The notes beneath the pieces were generated by a model, which ran no database searches, was not told the origin of the DNA, and saw only the letters and a program-made list of their open reading frames with translations. The position numbers and the translations under genes were made by a program. Below are positions 13,725-27,094 of a DNA stretch of 64,000 nucleotides, piece after piece (the first letter of the stretch is position 1; the number at the start of each line of letters is the position of its first letter). This stretch comes from Mobula hypostoma (taxonomy: Eukaryota), in NCBI RefSeq assembly GCF_963921235.1, contig NC_086097.1:50656001-50720000 (forward strand), written 5' to 3'.

Positions 13725-15574
13725 CTGAAAAGAAAATTGAGGCAAAGACTAATAATTTTTTAACATTTACTGTAAAGAAAAAAGTGCATTACCTTTATTT
13801 AAGAAAATGAAGACAACAAGTTAAAATTTAGATGCAAACACTGCTTCCAAATCATTTCTAGGTCAGGGGAGTTTCACCAGAAATTTTACATATCAAGAGT
13901 ATTAAAGATGCTTTAAAAAACTACACCGAACAGTAACAGACATAACAGTGATCCTCATCACCATAAACCTGCATTAAATCAGATATAGCTGCATTATGGA
14001 AATGCAGTCAACATTCATCTGTAGTGTACTAATAATGTATGGAGCCTTCCTGGATTTCAGCAGTTGAATAGAAGTTTTAGGAAAGACAGCAATGACATCT
14101 GACCTGTGATGCAAGGCACCCAAATATTTAGAAAATATACCAAAAGTGTACAGGGGAAGATTTTAACAAAAAGTCAAATTACAGATGAAATTAAAAGCTA
14201 GTTAGCAAATGAAATAAGAAGTGGATAGAAATGTGATGGTGGTGGCGGGGGGGGGGGGACTTGTCATATCGTCATTTGTCTGTATTCAAGTATATAGCTC
14301 AATAACAGTTGAACTTGAACTTCATTGATGCCATCAAAAGGCTCAGTCTTAGTAGAGGTAGGGTACAAGGAGTACGAAATATTTGTGGAAAATTTTGCTC
14401 ATTTGACTTGCCCTACATTAAAGCAATTCAGATAAAATTTAACTGACAATATTCTGATAATATTCACAATAAACTATTGAGAATCAGGTATAATGATATC
14501 TGTTGCTTTCACCTTTCCACAAGCTAAAAGATAAATAATAGCCAAATTAGTCTGCTTTCTGTGTTACAGCAGCAAGGTTTGCTGTTTAATTCAGTAATTA
14601 GCAGTCAGCAGTTCATGTCTTTAAAATATCCAAATGTCCTCCAACGCTAGACTCCACATGAAGAATTTTTGACAGCATTGACCGCAGGCCAAGTATAGGG
14701 TTGTGGTGTACTTGGCTGTTGGAGTTTTGCTCAATAGCCAAGATTTCAAGATTCAAGATTGTTTAATGTAATTTCCAGTACACAAGTTAAAGGAGAATGA
14801 AATAATTATTACTCTGGAACTGATGCAGCACAAAAAAAATACACAATAATAAAAAAAATCAATATATATATATATATTAATTAGATATATATAAAAATAA
14901 TAATGGTATGTCCATAAAGTGATGCTAGGCACTACAGGAGCATCTGTACTTAAGATGACTGACGGGAAGTAATAAAGTAGTGCTGGAAGGGGTGGGTTAA
15001 TGGCTGGAGGTGTTGATTAGCTTTAACGCTTGGGGATTTGATCTCACAGTATTAAAAACCCTGAACACAGGGCCACATTGCAAGAGATCAACATATTGGA
15101 GAAATCAAATTCCCACTGATGTTAGTGTGCTGTGCAAGTCTAAAACTTTCCTCAGGAGGTTGAGGTAAGCCTCCTGCACTCACTATGAAATGCACAGAGT
15201 GGAGTAATAAAATGCTCTGGAAATAAATCCACTACCATTTTAAATCCCCTTCAATGATGAGCTGATGCAGCCTTTCTCCGAGATAGAAGCAGCAGCTAAG
15301 TTACATTTCAGTTCTTCTGCTTCACCTAATCCATCAAAATCCAAATATTTATTCTTGCATCATGTAGGTCTTTCTCATCTGAATTTCCTGCCAATTGTAA
15401 GCCAGTCCTGCCAACTGCTGACCAACTTGCCAGAGTAGTAATTTTTCCTTCTTCAGATCTGTCTGGTCTCCCAAGCAGATCTGATCCCGACTGTCAAGGC
15501 CCTGCACAATATCTGAAAATACCCCATGGTTTAGCCAACTGTCAAAATGGATCACTATACCAGGCATGCTTCCT

Positions 15575-16010
15575 GGAGATAGAAGAGGCTGCAGATGCTA
15601 GAATCTGGAGCAAAAAAAAAGACCTGTAAAGGCAAACTTCAGCTGGTCTAGTTGCATCTGTGGGAGGCAAAGGGTTGTCCAACATTTCAAGTTGAGGCCC
15701 TCTATCAGGGCTGATGGCTGAGAGCAGAGAGGGTAAGTAGCCAATATAAGGAAGAGAATGATAGGGGTAAAATGAAGAGAATGATAGGGGTAAGCAGGTA
15801 ATGCATGGAACCAGGTGACAAGGGAGATAAAGATTAGATGGAGACAGGTGAGGAAGGAGAGAGTCAAAAGCCAATGGCAGATGGATAACAGGTAGAGACA
15901 GATAAGGGGCAAGTAAAGGGTGCAAATGGAGCCATGTGGAATGGAAGATGGGGGTGGAGGTAGAGATAGAGACAGAAAGTTGGTAAGTGGATACAAGGTG
16001 CTGCAGATGC
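15575..16010 (-). mobile_element. Degenerate Penelope-like 3' repeat
   Basis: CTGCAGATGCT...GGTCTAGTTGCATCTG family motif, decayed hammerhead at ~15672-15713, and a purine-rich 3' UTR segment. Confidence 0.55.
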
Positions 16011-16694
16011 TGCAGTCTGATAAGCAGCAGGTAAGTGTTAAATAAGACTTCTGAAAATTAAGAACATTTATAAAGTTATTGTCCAAACTAAATTAAACCG
16101 TTTAAAATGGATTTATTAGTCATCTAACTTTCTTGCAGCAGTTCCTCTCCACTCAACAGAAGGGACACCATTCTTCCCAAGTATGAATGCTAGGGAAATA
16201 CTGCCCCAAGGTGTCTGAATTCAGAACACAGTCTAAAAATTTTTGGCAAAGTGCAGATAACAGGTTTGGATTTCCACACCAACATAATTAAGTAACTATA
16301 CAAAGCCAATTTGAGATCAATAATCTGACAAGAGAAAAAAGTACAACAATGGAAGAAGTGCTACTATAAGGGTACTAAAAAAAAAACTATTATAGAGAAA
16401 AGAAATTAGCTTAATTGCTCCATTACCAAGAATGGAAATCAATATTACTATTTAACTATCACAGTACAAGGACATTGAAGTTTAGATGTACTGATGCTCT
16501 AAGCACTGAATAAGTAAAATGGATAAGTTTATTAACCCTCCTGCAATCACAATGGGATTCAGGAGCTTTAAATACTGATAAGAAAATATTACATTATTTT
16601 ATGAATAGACTAGGAGTAACAGTAAAAACGTAAAATGAACTGAGAAATATACATAAAACTACATACATGGTTTGTCTGCAATACAGCTGATTAA

Positions 16695-17102
<408 letters not shown>

Positions 17103-17179
17103 CTATATAAATTTTAAGCATGAAGATAGAAACTGCAGGAATACCTTGTGTCAGGTTAGCACCTACAAAGAGAGCACCT

Positions 17180-17898
17180 ACAACGAGATCTAGGTGTTCT
17201 TGTACATCAGTCACTGAAAGCAAGCATGCAAGTACAGCAGGCAGTAAAGAAAGCTAATGACATGCTGGCCTTCATAACAAGGGGAATTAAGTATAAGAAC
17301 AAAGAGGTCCTTCTGCAGCTGTACAGGGCCCTGGTGAGACCACACCTGGAGTACTGAGTGCAGATCTGGTCTCCAAATTTGAGGAAGGACATTCTTGCTA
17401 TTGAGGGAGTGCAGTGTAGGTTCACAAAGTTAATTCCCGGGATGGCAGGACTGTCATATGTCGAAAGATTGGAGCGACTGGGATTGTATACTCTGGAATT
17501 TAGAAGGCTGAGAGGGGATCTTATTGAAACATATAAGATTATTAAGGGATTGGACATGCTGGAAGGAGGAAGCATGTTCCCGCTGATGGGTGAGTCCAGA
17601 ACCAGAGGCCACAGTTTAAGAATAAGGGGTAGGCCATTTAGAACGGAGTTGAGGAAAAACTTTTTCACCCAGAGAATGGTGGATATATGGAATGCTCTGC
17701 CCCAGAAGGCTGTGGAGGCCAAGTCTCTGGATGCTTTCAAGAAAGAGGTGGATAGAGCTCTTAAAGATAGCAGAATCAAAGGTTATAGGGATAAGGCAGG
17801 AACTGGATATTGATTGTGGATGATCAGCCATGATCACAGTGAATGGTGGTGCTGGCTCGAAGGACATAATGGCCTACTCCTGCACCTATTGTCCATTG
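17180..17898 (+). mobile_element. 5'-truncated CR1-clade LINE 3' end
   Basis: ORF 17358..17813 (WSPNLRKDI...LRGDLIETYK...TRGHSL). Its 3' UTR closely matches the 5658-6682 copy. Confidence 0.9.
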
Positions 17899-19651
17899 AC
17901 AGAAAGAGTGAATGGTTCAAGTCAATAGCCATTCATCTCAAATCAGAAAAAGTTAAAACACTTTTTAAGATGTAGAGAAGGATAAGGGGAAAGGAAGGAA
18001 AGAGAAATAAATTGGAGAGAGCAAGTGACAAAATGAATGAAAGTGAAAAGTAAAAACACGTGGTAATAGGAAAAACAAGGCCAGAATGGCGATGTAAAAT
18101 CATGATCTGAGTTTACAGAAAAAGGGAAGAACTATAGTAAATTGAGTGCAGAAGTTCCTGCTCAGAAGACAAATTCCAATTCATCATAATTGTGAAGTAG
18201 CTAGAGGTAAGAGAGAACACATCAGTACTAAATCAAGACCTTGGCAAAAAAAACAACCAAATTGAGGAAGAAAAACTGCAATTTAAACAATTGTTGAAAA
18301 TAAGTCTTACTTGAGCCACTGAAACAAAAAATTAACAGATCAACAGAAAGATAGGCTAAGTGACAACCACAATTATTTACATGGTTGCATAGGGTCTCTG
18401 AAAGAGTAACTTACTTTTGAGCTTCTCTGAAGCATTTTGTATCTTTGCATTCTGAAAGCTACTATTTATGCTTTCCAACCCCCTGCTAAACTAACTTTTC
18501 CTTACTTCCCTCAACTCCTCTAATAGTGATCTTAAATTTATTACCTTCAGATACCTCTTCAAGAATCAGTTGATTTTTGAAATATCAATTTTTTTTAATA
18601 TAAAAGTTAAGCGATTAAACAAATTCAACTTGTCACTGATCTTCATACCCACAGAAACTCTTCAACTACCTTTAAAACCCGAATTAGGTTCATCCTGGAT
18701 CTCGTTATGAAAACATCCCAATTCTTTGACTGCTACTTAACATTTCATTCCTGCTAAAATTTGTGTGAAATATATCATGAGTTTGCCCAGAAATGCTTGC
18801 TATATTCTAATTATAATCATGACATCAACATTTTCCAAATATTCAACATCACTGCCTTTTTAAATTCAACACCCTTTCCAGATACATTATAAAATGATTC
18901 TTGAAATTTGAACAGAAATTCTTGAGGTTTTAATGAAAACATGAATATTTAATCCTCATCTCAGGCTCTTGAAAGAAATGGAAATCACAAATTCTGAATT
19001 ACATCCACGTTGATTCTGTTTTAATGCAATTCTCAAATCAGCATACTGATGGAAGATGCCGACACTTAAGGGATCAGTGATGGTGAACATCATAAAATAG
19101 TGCTATCAGGCAACACCGTCAAAGATTCATTGAAAGATGTCTAGCTGGATTTCACCATTACCACTCATCTTAAGATTACATCCAAGCTTTGACATCAAAG
19201 CAGCATTTGACCAAGCATGGCATCGTGGGGCCCTGATAAAGTAAAATCAATGAGTATCACAGGGAAACCAGTCAAACAGCTGCAATCATACCTCACGGTA
19301 AAACGAATGAGCTCGTTGAGATTAATCACTTCAGCGCCACACATCACTGTACGTGTTCCTCAGGGCAGTTGTCTCAGCCCCAGCCATCTTCAGCTCCTCC
19401 ATCAATGACTTCCTTCCAATAAGGTCAGAAGTGGGAATGTTTGCTGATAATTACACAAGTTCAATTCCCTTCACAACTCCTCAGCTAATGAAGCAGTAAA
19501 AGCTTGTTTTCAGCTATCCCTAGACAACATGCAGCCAGAGTGATAAGCAGCAAGTAACATCTGCACTACAGAAGAGCTAAACAATGACCATCACCAACCA
19601 CTTACCCTTAATATTCAATAGCATCACTATTGCTGAGTTAATTAACATCAA

Positions 19652-20170
19652 AGATGAAGCCACACTCAGGTTGGAGGAACAACACCTTATATTCCGTCTG
19701 GGTAGCCTCCAACCTGATGGCATGAACATCGACTTCTCTAACTTCCACTAATGCCCCACCTCCCCCTCGTACCCCATCCGTTACTTATTTATATACACAC
19801 ATTTTCTCTCTCTCTCTCCTTTTTCTCCCTCTGTCCCTCTGACTATACCCCTTGCCTATCCTCTGGGTTCCCCCCCCCCTTGACTTTCTCCCTGGACCTC
19901 CTGTCCCATGATCCTCTCATATCCCTTTTGCCAATCACCTGTCCAGCTCTTGGCTCCATCCCTCCCCCTCCTGTCTTCTCCTATCATTTTGGATCTCCCC
20001 CTCCCACTTTCAAATCTCTTACTAACTCTTCCTTCAGTTAGTCCTGACGAAGAGTCTCGGCCTGAAACGTCGACTGTACCTCTTCCTAGAGATGCTGCCT
20101 GGCCTGCTGCGTTCACCAGCAACTTTGATGTGTGTTGCTTGAATTTCCAGCATCTGCAGAATTCCTGTTG
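19652..20170 (+). mobile_element. Young 5'-truncated Penelope-like element: GIY-YIG C-terminus plus 3' repeat with hammerhead
   Basis: 19650-19751 translates KDEATLRLEEQHLIFRLGSLQPDGMNIDFSNFH*, a typical PLE ORF end. Hammerhead at 20040-20075. TTAACATCAA occurs at 19642-19651 and 20171-20180. Confidence 0.88.
20040..20075 (+). ncRNA. Minimal type I hammerhead ribozyme motif (PLE-associated)
   Basis: AGTC-CTGACGA-AGAGTCTCGGCCT-GAAA-CGTC-GACT: stem I AGTC/GACT, conserved CUGANGA and GAAA, loopless palindromic ACGT stem III, GUC cleavage triplet. Stem II is imperfect. Confidence 0.75.
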
Positions 20171-20264
20171 TTAACATCAATGTTGGGGATGAGGAAACTC
20201 CTGATATTTAACCACACCTGACACATATTGCTTGGCAAAAACAGAGGTTGGGTTTTCTGAAGCT

Positions 20265-23200
20265 AGTAACTCACATTCAAACAGACATGGGCCCTAGTTA
20301 CAGCTGTCTTTTTGTCAGATACATGGAACAATCCTTCCTCCTAATTTATTTGGGACCCCTTTCTCAACTCCATTACTTTGATGACTGCACTGAAGTCTCA
20401 TCTTGCATTCATATAGAACCAGAATTTAAAAAAAAACATACATTTTCTGCCAATTTCCAACCTGCTTCCACATTTCTGTGGTACACCTGACATGTCCCTT
20501 CCTGCATTTGTCTCCAACTCAAGAGAAGTTTTCATAGTTCACACCTTTTATAGCTGATGTGCTAACCTTTATAAAAGCTTGGCATCTTTAAGCCCAGATA
20601 CCCAAGCTACCTGGATCATGTACCCCTTCAAACTGCCTCCTATAAGGAAACCATTCCTTTGTACCCAGTTTATTTAGACCATAAGATATAGGAGCAGAAG
20701 TAGGCCATTCGGCCCATCGAGTCTGCTCTGCCATTCAATCAAGGGCTGATCTAATTGTATCCAATCATCCCCTGCTTTCTCTTCAAACCCTTTGAGATCT
20801 GAGATCTGAAATCCCCCTCATTCTCCTGAAATCCAGGGAATACAGCTGAAGAGCTGCCAGACGTTCCTCATACGGTAACCCTTTCATTCCTGGAATCATT
20901 CTCGGGAATCTTCTCTGAACACTCACCAATGTCAGTATATCCTTTCCAAATAAAGAACCCAAAACTGCCCACAATACTTCGAATGTGGTCTCACGAGTGC
21001 CTTATAGAGCCTATTGAGCCTCAACATCACATCCCTGCTCTTATATTCTATACCTCTAGAAATGAATGCTAGCATTGCATTAGCCTTCTTCACCACTAGC
21101 TCAACCTGTAGGTTAACCTTTAGGGTATCCTGCACAATGACTCCCAAGTCCCTCTGCATCTCTACATTTTGAATTCTCTCTCCATCTAAATAATAATCTG
21201 CCCATTTATTTCTTCCACCAAAGTGCATGACCATACACTTTCCAACATTGTATTTCAATCGCCTCTTCTTTGCCCATTCCCCTAAACTATCCAGGTCTCC
21301 CTGCAGGTTCTCCATTTCCTCAACACTACCCGCTCCTCCACCTATCTTTGTATCACTGGCAAATTTAGCCACAAATCCATAGTCCAAATCATTGACTTAC
21401 ATGGTAAAAAGCAGCGGTCCCAACACCGACCCTGTGGAACTCCACTGCTAACTGGCAGCCAGCCAGAATAGGTTCCCTTTATTCCCACTGTGCTTTCTGC
21501 TGACCAGCCAATGCTCTGCCCATGCTAGTAACTTCCCTGTAATTCCATGGGCTCTTATCTTGCTAAGCAGCCTCATGAGCAGCACCTTGTCAAAGGCCTT
21601 CTGAAAATCCAAGTACATCACGTCTACTGCATCTCCTTTGTCTACTCTGCTTGTAAATTCCTCAAAGAATTGCAGTAGGTCTGTCAGGCAGGATTTTCCT
21701 TTCAGGAAACCATGCTGGCTTTGGCCTATCTTGTCATGTGCCTCCAGGTACTCTGTAATCTCACCCCTAACAATCGATTTCAACAACTTCCCAACCACTG
21801 ACGTCAGGCTAACAGGTCTATAGTTTCCTTTCTGCTGCCTCCCACCCTTCTTAAATAGCGCAGTAACATTTACAATTTTCCAGTCATCCGGTACAATGCC
21901 AGAATCTATCAATTCTTGAAAGATCATTGTTAATGCCTCCACAATCTCTCCAGCTACTTCCTTCAGAACCCAAGGGTGCATTCCATCAGGTCCAGGAGAT
22001 TTATCCACCCTCAGACCATTAAGCTTCCTGAGCACCTTCCCAGTCGTAATTTTCACTGCACAAACCTCACTTCTCTGACACTCTTGAATGTCCGGTATAC
22101 TGCAGACGTCTTCCACTATGAACAATGATGCAAAATGTGCATTCAGTTCCTCTACCATCTCTGCGTCTCCCACTTACAATATCCCCAGCATCATTTTCTA
22201 AAGGTCCTCTCTCTATCCTCGACTCTCTTACCCTTTATATACTTAAAAAGTTTTTAGTATCTTCTTTGATATTAATCGCCAACTTCCTTTCATAATTCAT
22301 CTTTTCCTTCCTAATGACCTTCTCAGTTTCCTTCTGCAAGTTTTTAAAAAGCTTCCCAATCCTCTCTCTTCCCACTAGCTTTGGCTTCATGTATGCCCTC
22401 TCTTTTGCTTTTACTTTGGCTCTGACTTCACTTGTCAGCCACGCAGTGTCCTTCTTCCATTCAATTCTTATTTGGAATACATCTGTCTTGCACTTCCCTC
22501 ATTTTTTGCAGAAACTTCAGCCATTACTGCTCTGCTGTCCTTCCTGCTCATGTCCCTTTCCAGTCAACTTTGGCCAGTTCCCCTCTCAAGCCATTGTAAT
22601 TTCCTTTACTCCACTGAAATACCAACACATTGAAATTTAGTTTCTCCTCCTCAAATTTCAAAGTGAACTTGATCATATTGCGATCACTGTTCCCTAAGGG
22701 TTCCTTAACCTTAAGTTCTCTTATCACCTCCGGATCATTGCACAACATCCAATCCAGCACAGCCAATCCCTAGTGGGCTCAACAATAAGCTGTTCTAAAA
22801 AGCCATCCCTTAGACATTCTACAAATTCTCTCTCGAGGTCCAGTACTGGCCTGGTTTTCCCAGTCCACGTTCATGTTAAAATCCCCAATGGTTATCATGA
22901 CATTGTCTTTCTGACACCTCTTTTCTATCTCCTGCCGTGATTTGCAATCCACATCCCGGCTGCTATTTGAAGGCCTGTATACAACTGCCATTAGGGTCCT
23001 TTTACCCTTGCCATTTCTTAACTCAACCCATAGAGACTCTACACCTTCCGATCCTATGTCATCGCTTTCTAATGATTTAATATTATTTCTTACACTCAGG
23101 GCCACACCACCCCCTGTGCCTACTAACCTATCTTTCCAACAAACACACCGTATATCCTTGGACATTCAACTCCCAATGGCGGCCATCGTTTAGCCAAGTT

Positions 23201-24170
23201 TCAGAAATGGCCACAATGTCATACTTGCCAATCTGTAGCTGAATTTCAAGATCGTCCATTTTATTTTTTTTATATACTGCATGCACTCAAATACAACACT
23301 TTCAGTCCAGTATTTGTTGCTTTCTACTGCACCACACCTCTACTACCCTGTGAATGTGCCTCATCTCCTGCCTGTCCTTTCGATCATCTCTGTTACATAT
23401 ATTCCAATGCCTTCCCCTCTGATGTAGTTGAAATGTCCTCCTTTCTCAAACATAGCTTCCCACTCCTATAGTGGAAGGAGGTGTTTATCACATTTCCTCT
23501 ATGTCCTGCATGTCTACTCTTAATCCCTCCCCCGGGACAGAACAAAATTAAGAGTCCCACCCCACCAGCCTCTGCATTCACCATATTATCCTTGATCATT
23601 TCTGCCAGCACCAACACAATCCCACCAATTCTCACTTTTTCCCCTCTCCTTCCCTGTCCTCATTTTCTAGGGGCTGCTTATTTCATTAATTATTGGCCTG
23701 CTCTTGCATCCTCAACTGCCAACCCACCTCACAACAGTGCCCAAGGCAACCAGAGGAAATGAAACACTTGTCACTTATTCTCCTCGCTTCCTACCATCTA
23801 GATGATTCACTCACACTACTTCTAATCTTCTGTACTGCATTCAGTATTTACAATGTAGTCTCCTCTACAATGGAGAAACCAAATACAGATTGGATGATCA
23901 CTTTGCAGGACTCCTGCTCAATCAGCAGCAGAGATCCTCAGCTTTCTGTTTCATGCCGTTTCAATTCTCAACCCCACTCCCAATCCTGAGCATCTATCTG
24001 CAGACTCCTCACTGTCCAGGTGAGGCCCAAGGCAAACTAGAAAACAACATATTGTTCTTCTATTCTGAATTCTTCCCCCTTCCTTTCTATAGATGCTGCC
24101 AGACTTGTTGGAGTTCCTCCATTGTGTGTTGCTCCGGATTTCCAGCATCTGCAGAATCTCATACTTATGA
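20265..24170 (+). mobile_element. Degenerate Penelope-like element ORF (RT and GIY-YIG), split by a CR1 insertion
   Basis: MGPSYSCLFVRYMEQS...YFDDC (RT) at ~20285-20390. SNLLYCIQ...LLYNGETKYRLDDHF (GIY-YIG) at ~23820-23905. Terminal repeat motif at ~24090-24165. Confidence 0.78.
20676..23390 (-). mobile_element. CR1-clade LINE ORF2 (APE endonuclease and RT), disrupted
   Basis: ESLWVELRN...VVYRP...IGDFN (22779..23165); KSPGPDGMHP, NYRPVSLTS, SQHGF..GKSCLT, YLDFQKAFDKV (21448..22173); C-terminal ORFs 20932..21387 and 20783..20974. Confidence 0.92.
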
Positions 24171-25811
24171 GCAACATATTTCCTTTGTTCAGGCACTTCA
24201 CAACTTTTGGAGTTTTCCAACTTTGGGTGAACTGCATTCTGTTGTTTTCACCCCCATGCTTCTGCCTCTTTCTCACTCCGTTTCTTTAAAATCCCTAAGT
24301 CAGTAATAACGTTCTGATCACATCTAACCCGTCTTAGCCCATCTTCAAATTATCTTCTATCTTGTACCCCAGTCCTCTCCAGCTCTATTTTGAAAACTGC
24401 AAACCCACCAGTCTTCTCCCAAGTTCTCAGAAAGGGTCACTGACCTGAAATTTTAACCAGTCTCTCTTTTTACAGAAGCTGCTTGACTGAGTTCTTTCAG
24501 AATTTCCGTTTTAGATACCGACATCTGCAGTTTTATTTGCTTTTCCCCATTCACTTTCATCATGGACAAAGCAGCCCACTCACTGCCAGCCTATCTACCA
24601 CCAGTGTACTGCAGCTGCATCATGTAGATAACCACTTGCTTAGACCACTTCGACAGCAATGCTCAAAGCCAAAACCATTACCAAGAACAAGGCTATTAGG
24701 AGCATGGCAGTGCCACCACGTGGTGCAGAGTCCCCTCAAATTCATGCACGTAATCATTTGGAACTACACCACCATTCCTGCAGTGGCACTAGCTTAACCC
24801 TGGAACTCCCTCACCAACACCATCATGAGAGAACCTTGAACAGCAAGACTCTACCGTTCAGAAAGGTAAAGGATCATCTAGTATGGGCAACAACGAAATG
24901 AATAAAACAAAAAGAAATTCTGTGTTGCCCTGATTACACAAACCTTCCCCAACACCACTATTACGTTTATCCCCTCCCCTCCTCATCCCTCTTAGTAAGG
25001 ATAAAAAAACATGACACTTCCAGTGCAATCCAAATTTAAGCCACATCAAGCTTTAACAACTGTATCCTAGGCATATTTAGTCATTATTCAATTTTGTAAC
25101 AAATACTTCGTTTTCAAATCAAACAAATAAACTCCAGTTTTTTTTAACATTAACCTCATTCCAAATTAAACACAAAGTACGACTTTGACAGGTTCCAGTA
25201 ACTCGTTAAGCAAGAAATAGGAAATGGGCCTGAAGATTACAAACCTACAGAGGTTTTCACGGCTGCTACTTTGCAAAAATTTCTGCAAGTTCACTTTGGG
25301 ATTCAATCTTCATGAACAATTCTGGGTGAATGTGACATTTTACCCCATGATGCTATAGAAAGCCACATCTCACACTGCAGATGGCAAGAAAATTTATTTG
25401 CTTGCTAAGATATAATACAATGAATGTGTGAAGATAGCTAAATGATATTACTAATGGCACGACACATACCCATGTAAAAGATTACCCAAATAAATCTGAA
25501 AGGATTAAAAATTACAAACAAACATCACATCCACAGAACACAAACCACACCTTCAGCATCTCTTCCATTACAGAGTTCCCCAGAATACTGCCACCTCACA
25601 AAACAATCTGCTTTCCTGCTAGGTTTTTTTTCTAAAAAAAAAATAGGGCAAGACCCTGATAAGTGTATATTAGTACTGCATTATTGTATGCAATTAATTT
25701 CAAATATGCAAATCAAGTTTATTCATATTGCTGATCAGCATGCGATAACATCAGCCCCTCAAAACTAATCAATAAGTTCCTACACCTTGGCCTTAATACC
25801 TCCCTGTGGAA

Positions 25812-27060
25812 TTTAGTCATAGTTTATTGATCCTGGGGGAAATTGGTTTTCGTTACAGTTGCACCATAAATAATTAAATAGTAATAAAACCATAAATAGT
25901 TAAATAGTAATATGTAAATTATGCCAGGAAATAAGTCCAGGACCAGCCTATTGGCTCAGGGTGTCTGACCCTCCAAGGGAGGAGTTGTAAAGTTTGATGG
26001 CCACAGGCAGGAATGACTTCCTATGACGCTCCGTGTTGCATCTCGGTGGAATGAGTCTCTGGCTGAACGTACTCCTGTGCCCACCCAGTACATTATGTAG
26101 TGGATGGGAGACATTGTCCAAGATGGCATGCAATTTGGACAGCATCCTCTTTTCAGACACCACCATCAGAGAGTCCAGTTCCATCCCCACAACATCACTG
26201 GCCTTACGAATGAGTTTGTTGATTCTGTTGGTGTCTGATACCCCCAGCCTGCTGCCCCAGCACACAACAGCAAACATGATAGCACTGGCCACCACAGACT
26301 CGTAGAACATCCTCAGCATCGTCCGGCAGATGTTAAAGGACCTCAGTCTCCTCAGGAAATAGAGACGGCTCTGACCCTTCTTGTAGACAGCCTCAGTGTT
26401 CTTTGACCAGTCCAGTTTATTGTCAATTTGTATTCCCAGGTATTTGTAATCCTCCACCATGTCCACAGTGACCCCCTGGATGGAAACAGGGGTCGCCGGT
26501 ACCTTAGCTCTCCTCAGGTCTACCACCAGCTCCTTAGTCTTTTTCACATTAAGCTGCAGATAATTCTGCTCACACCATGTGACAAAGTTTCCTACCATAG
26601 CCCTGTATTCAGCCTCGTCTCCCTTGCTGATGCATCCAACAATGGCAGAGTCATCAAAAAACTTCTGAAGATGACAAGACTCTGTGCAGTAGTTGAAGTC
26701 CGAGGTGTAAATGGTGAAGAGAAAGGGAGACAAGACAGTCCCCTGTGGAGCCCCAGTGCTGCTGATCACTCTATCGGACACACAGTGTTGTAAGCACATG
26801 TACTGTGGTCTGCCAGTCAGGTAATCAAGAATCCATGACACCAGGAAAGCATCCACCTGCATCGCTGTCAGCTTCTCCCCAGCAGAGCAGGGCGGATGGA
26901 TGTTGAACGCACTGGAGAAGTCAAAAAACATGACCCTCACTGTGCTCGCTGGCTTGACCAGGTGGCACTCCAGTAGGCGAACCGGAGGGGATCTAAGTGT
27001 GGCCTGACCATAGGCCGGAGCAGCTCCAGAACAAGTCTCTCCAGGGTCTTCATGATGTGG
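25812..27060 (-). mobile_element. Rex-Babar-type LINE (second subfamily), long open RT C-terminus
   Basis: ORF 25948..27093 has VRVMFFDFSSAFN, GAPQGTVLSPFLF, LNVKKTKELVVD and RKSFLPVAIKLYN. AATAAA at 25823-25828 on the minus strand. Confidence 0.88.
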
Positions 27061-27094
27061 GAGGTCAATACCACCGATCCTCGACCTCCTCACT

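Larger units (their letters stand above)
19150..24910 (+). mobile_element. Old degenerate CR1/L2-group LINE, split into pieces (~19150-19651, ~20171-20262, ~24560-24910) by later insertions
   Basis: DIKAAFDQAWH, VPQGSCLSP and MFADN motifs before 19640. Sequence resumes after the 10-bp TSD at 20171, and 3'-end-like sequence follows at 24560-24910. Confidence 0.6.

Noticed and set aside
17207..17779. 190-aa minus-strand ORF, and similar ORFs at 6134, 6434, 9441, 26428 and 32465
   Set aside because: These are antisense frames of LINE RT sequence, not independent genes.
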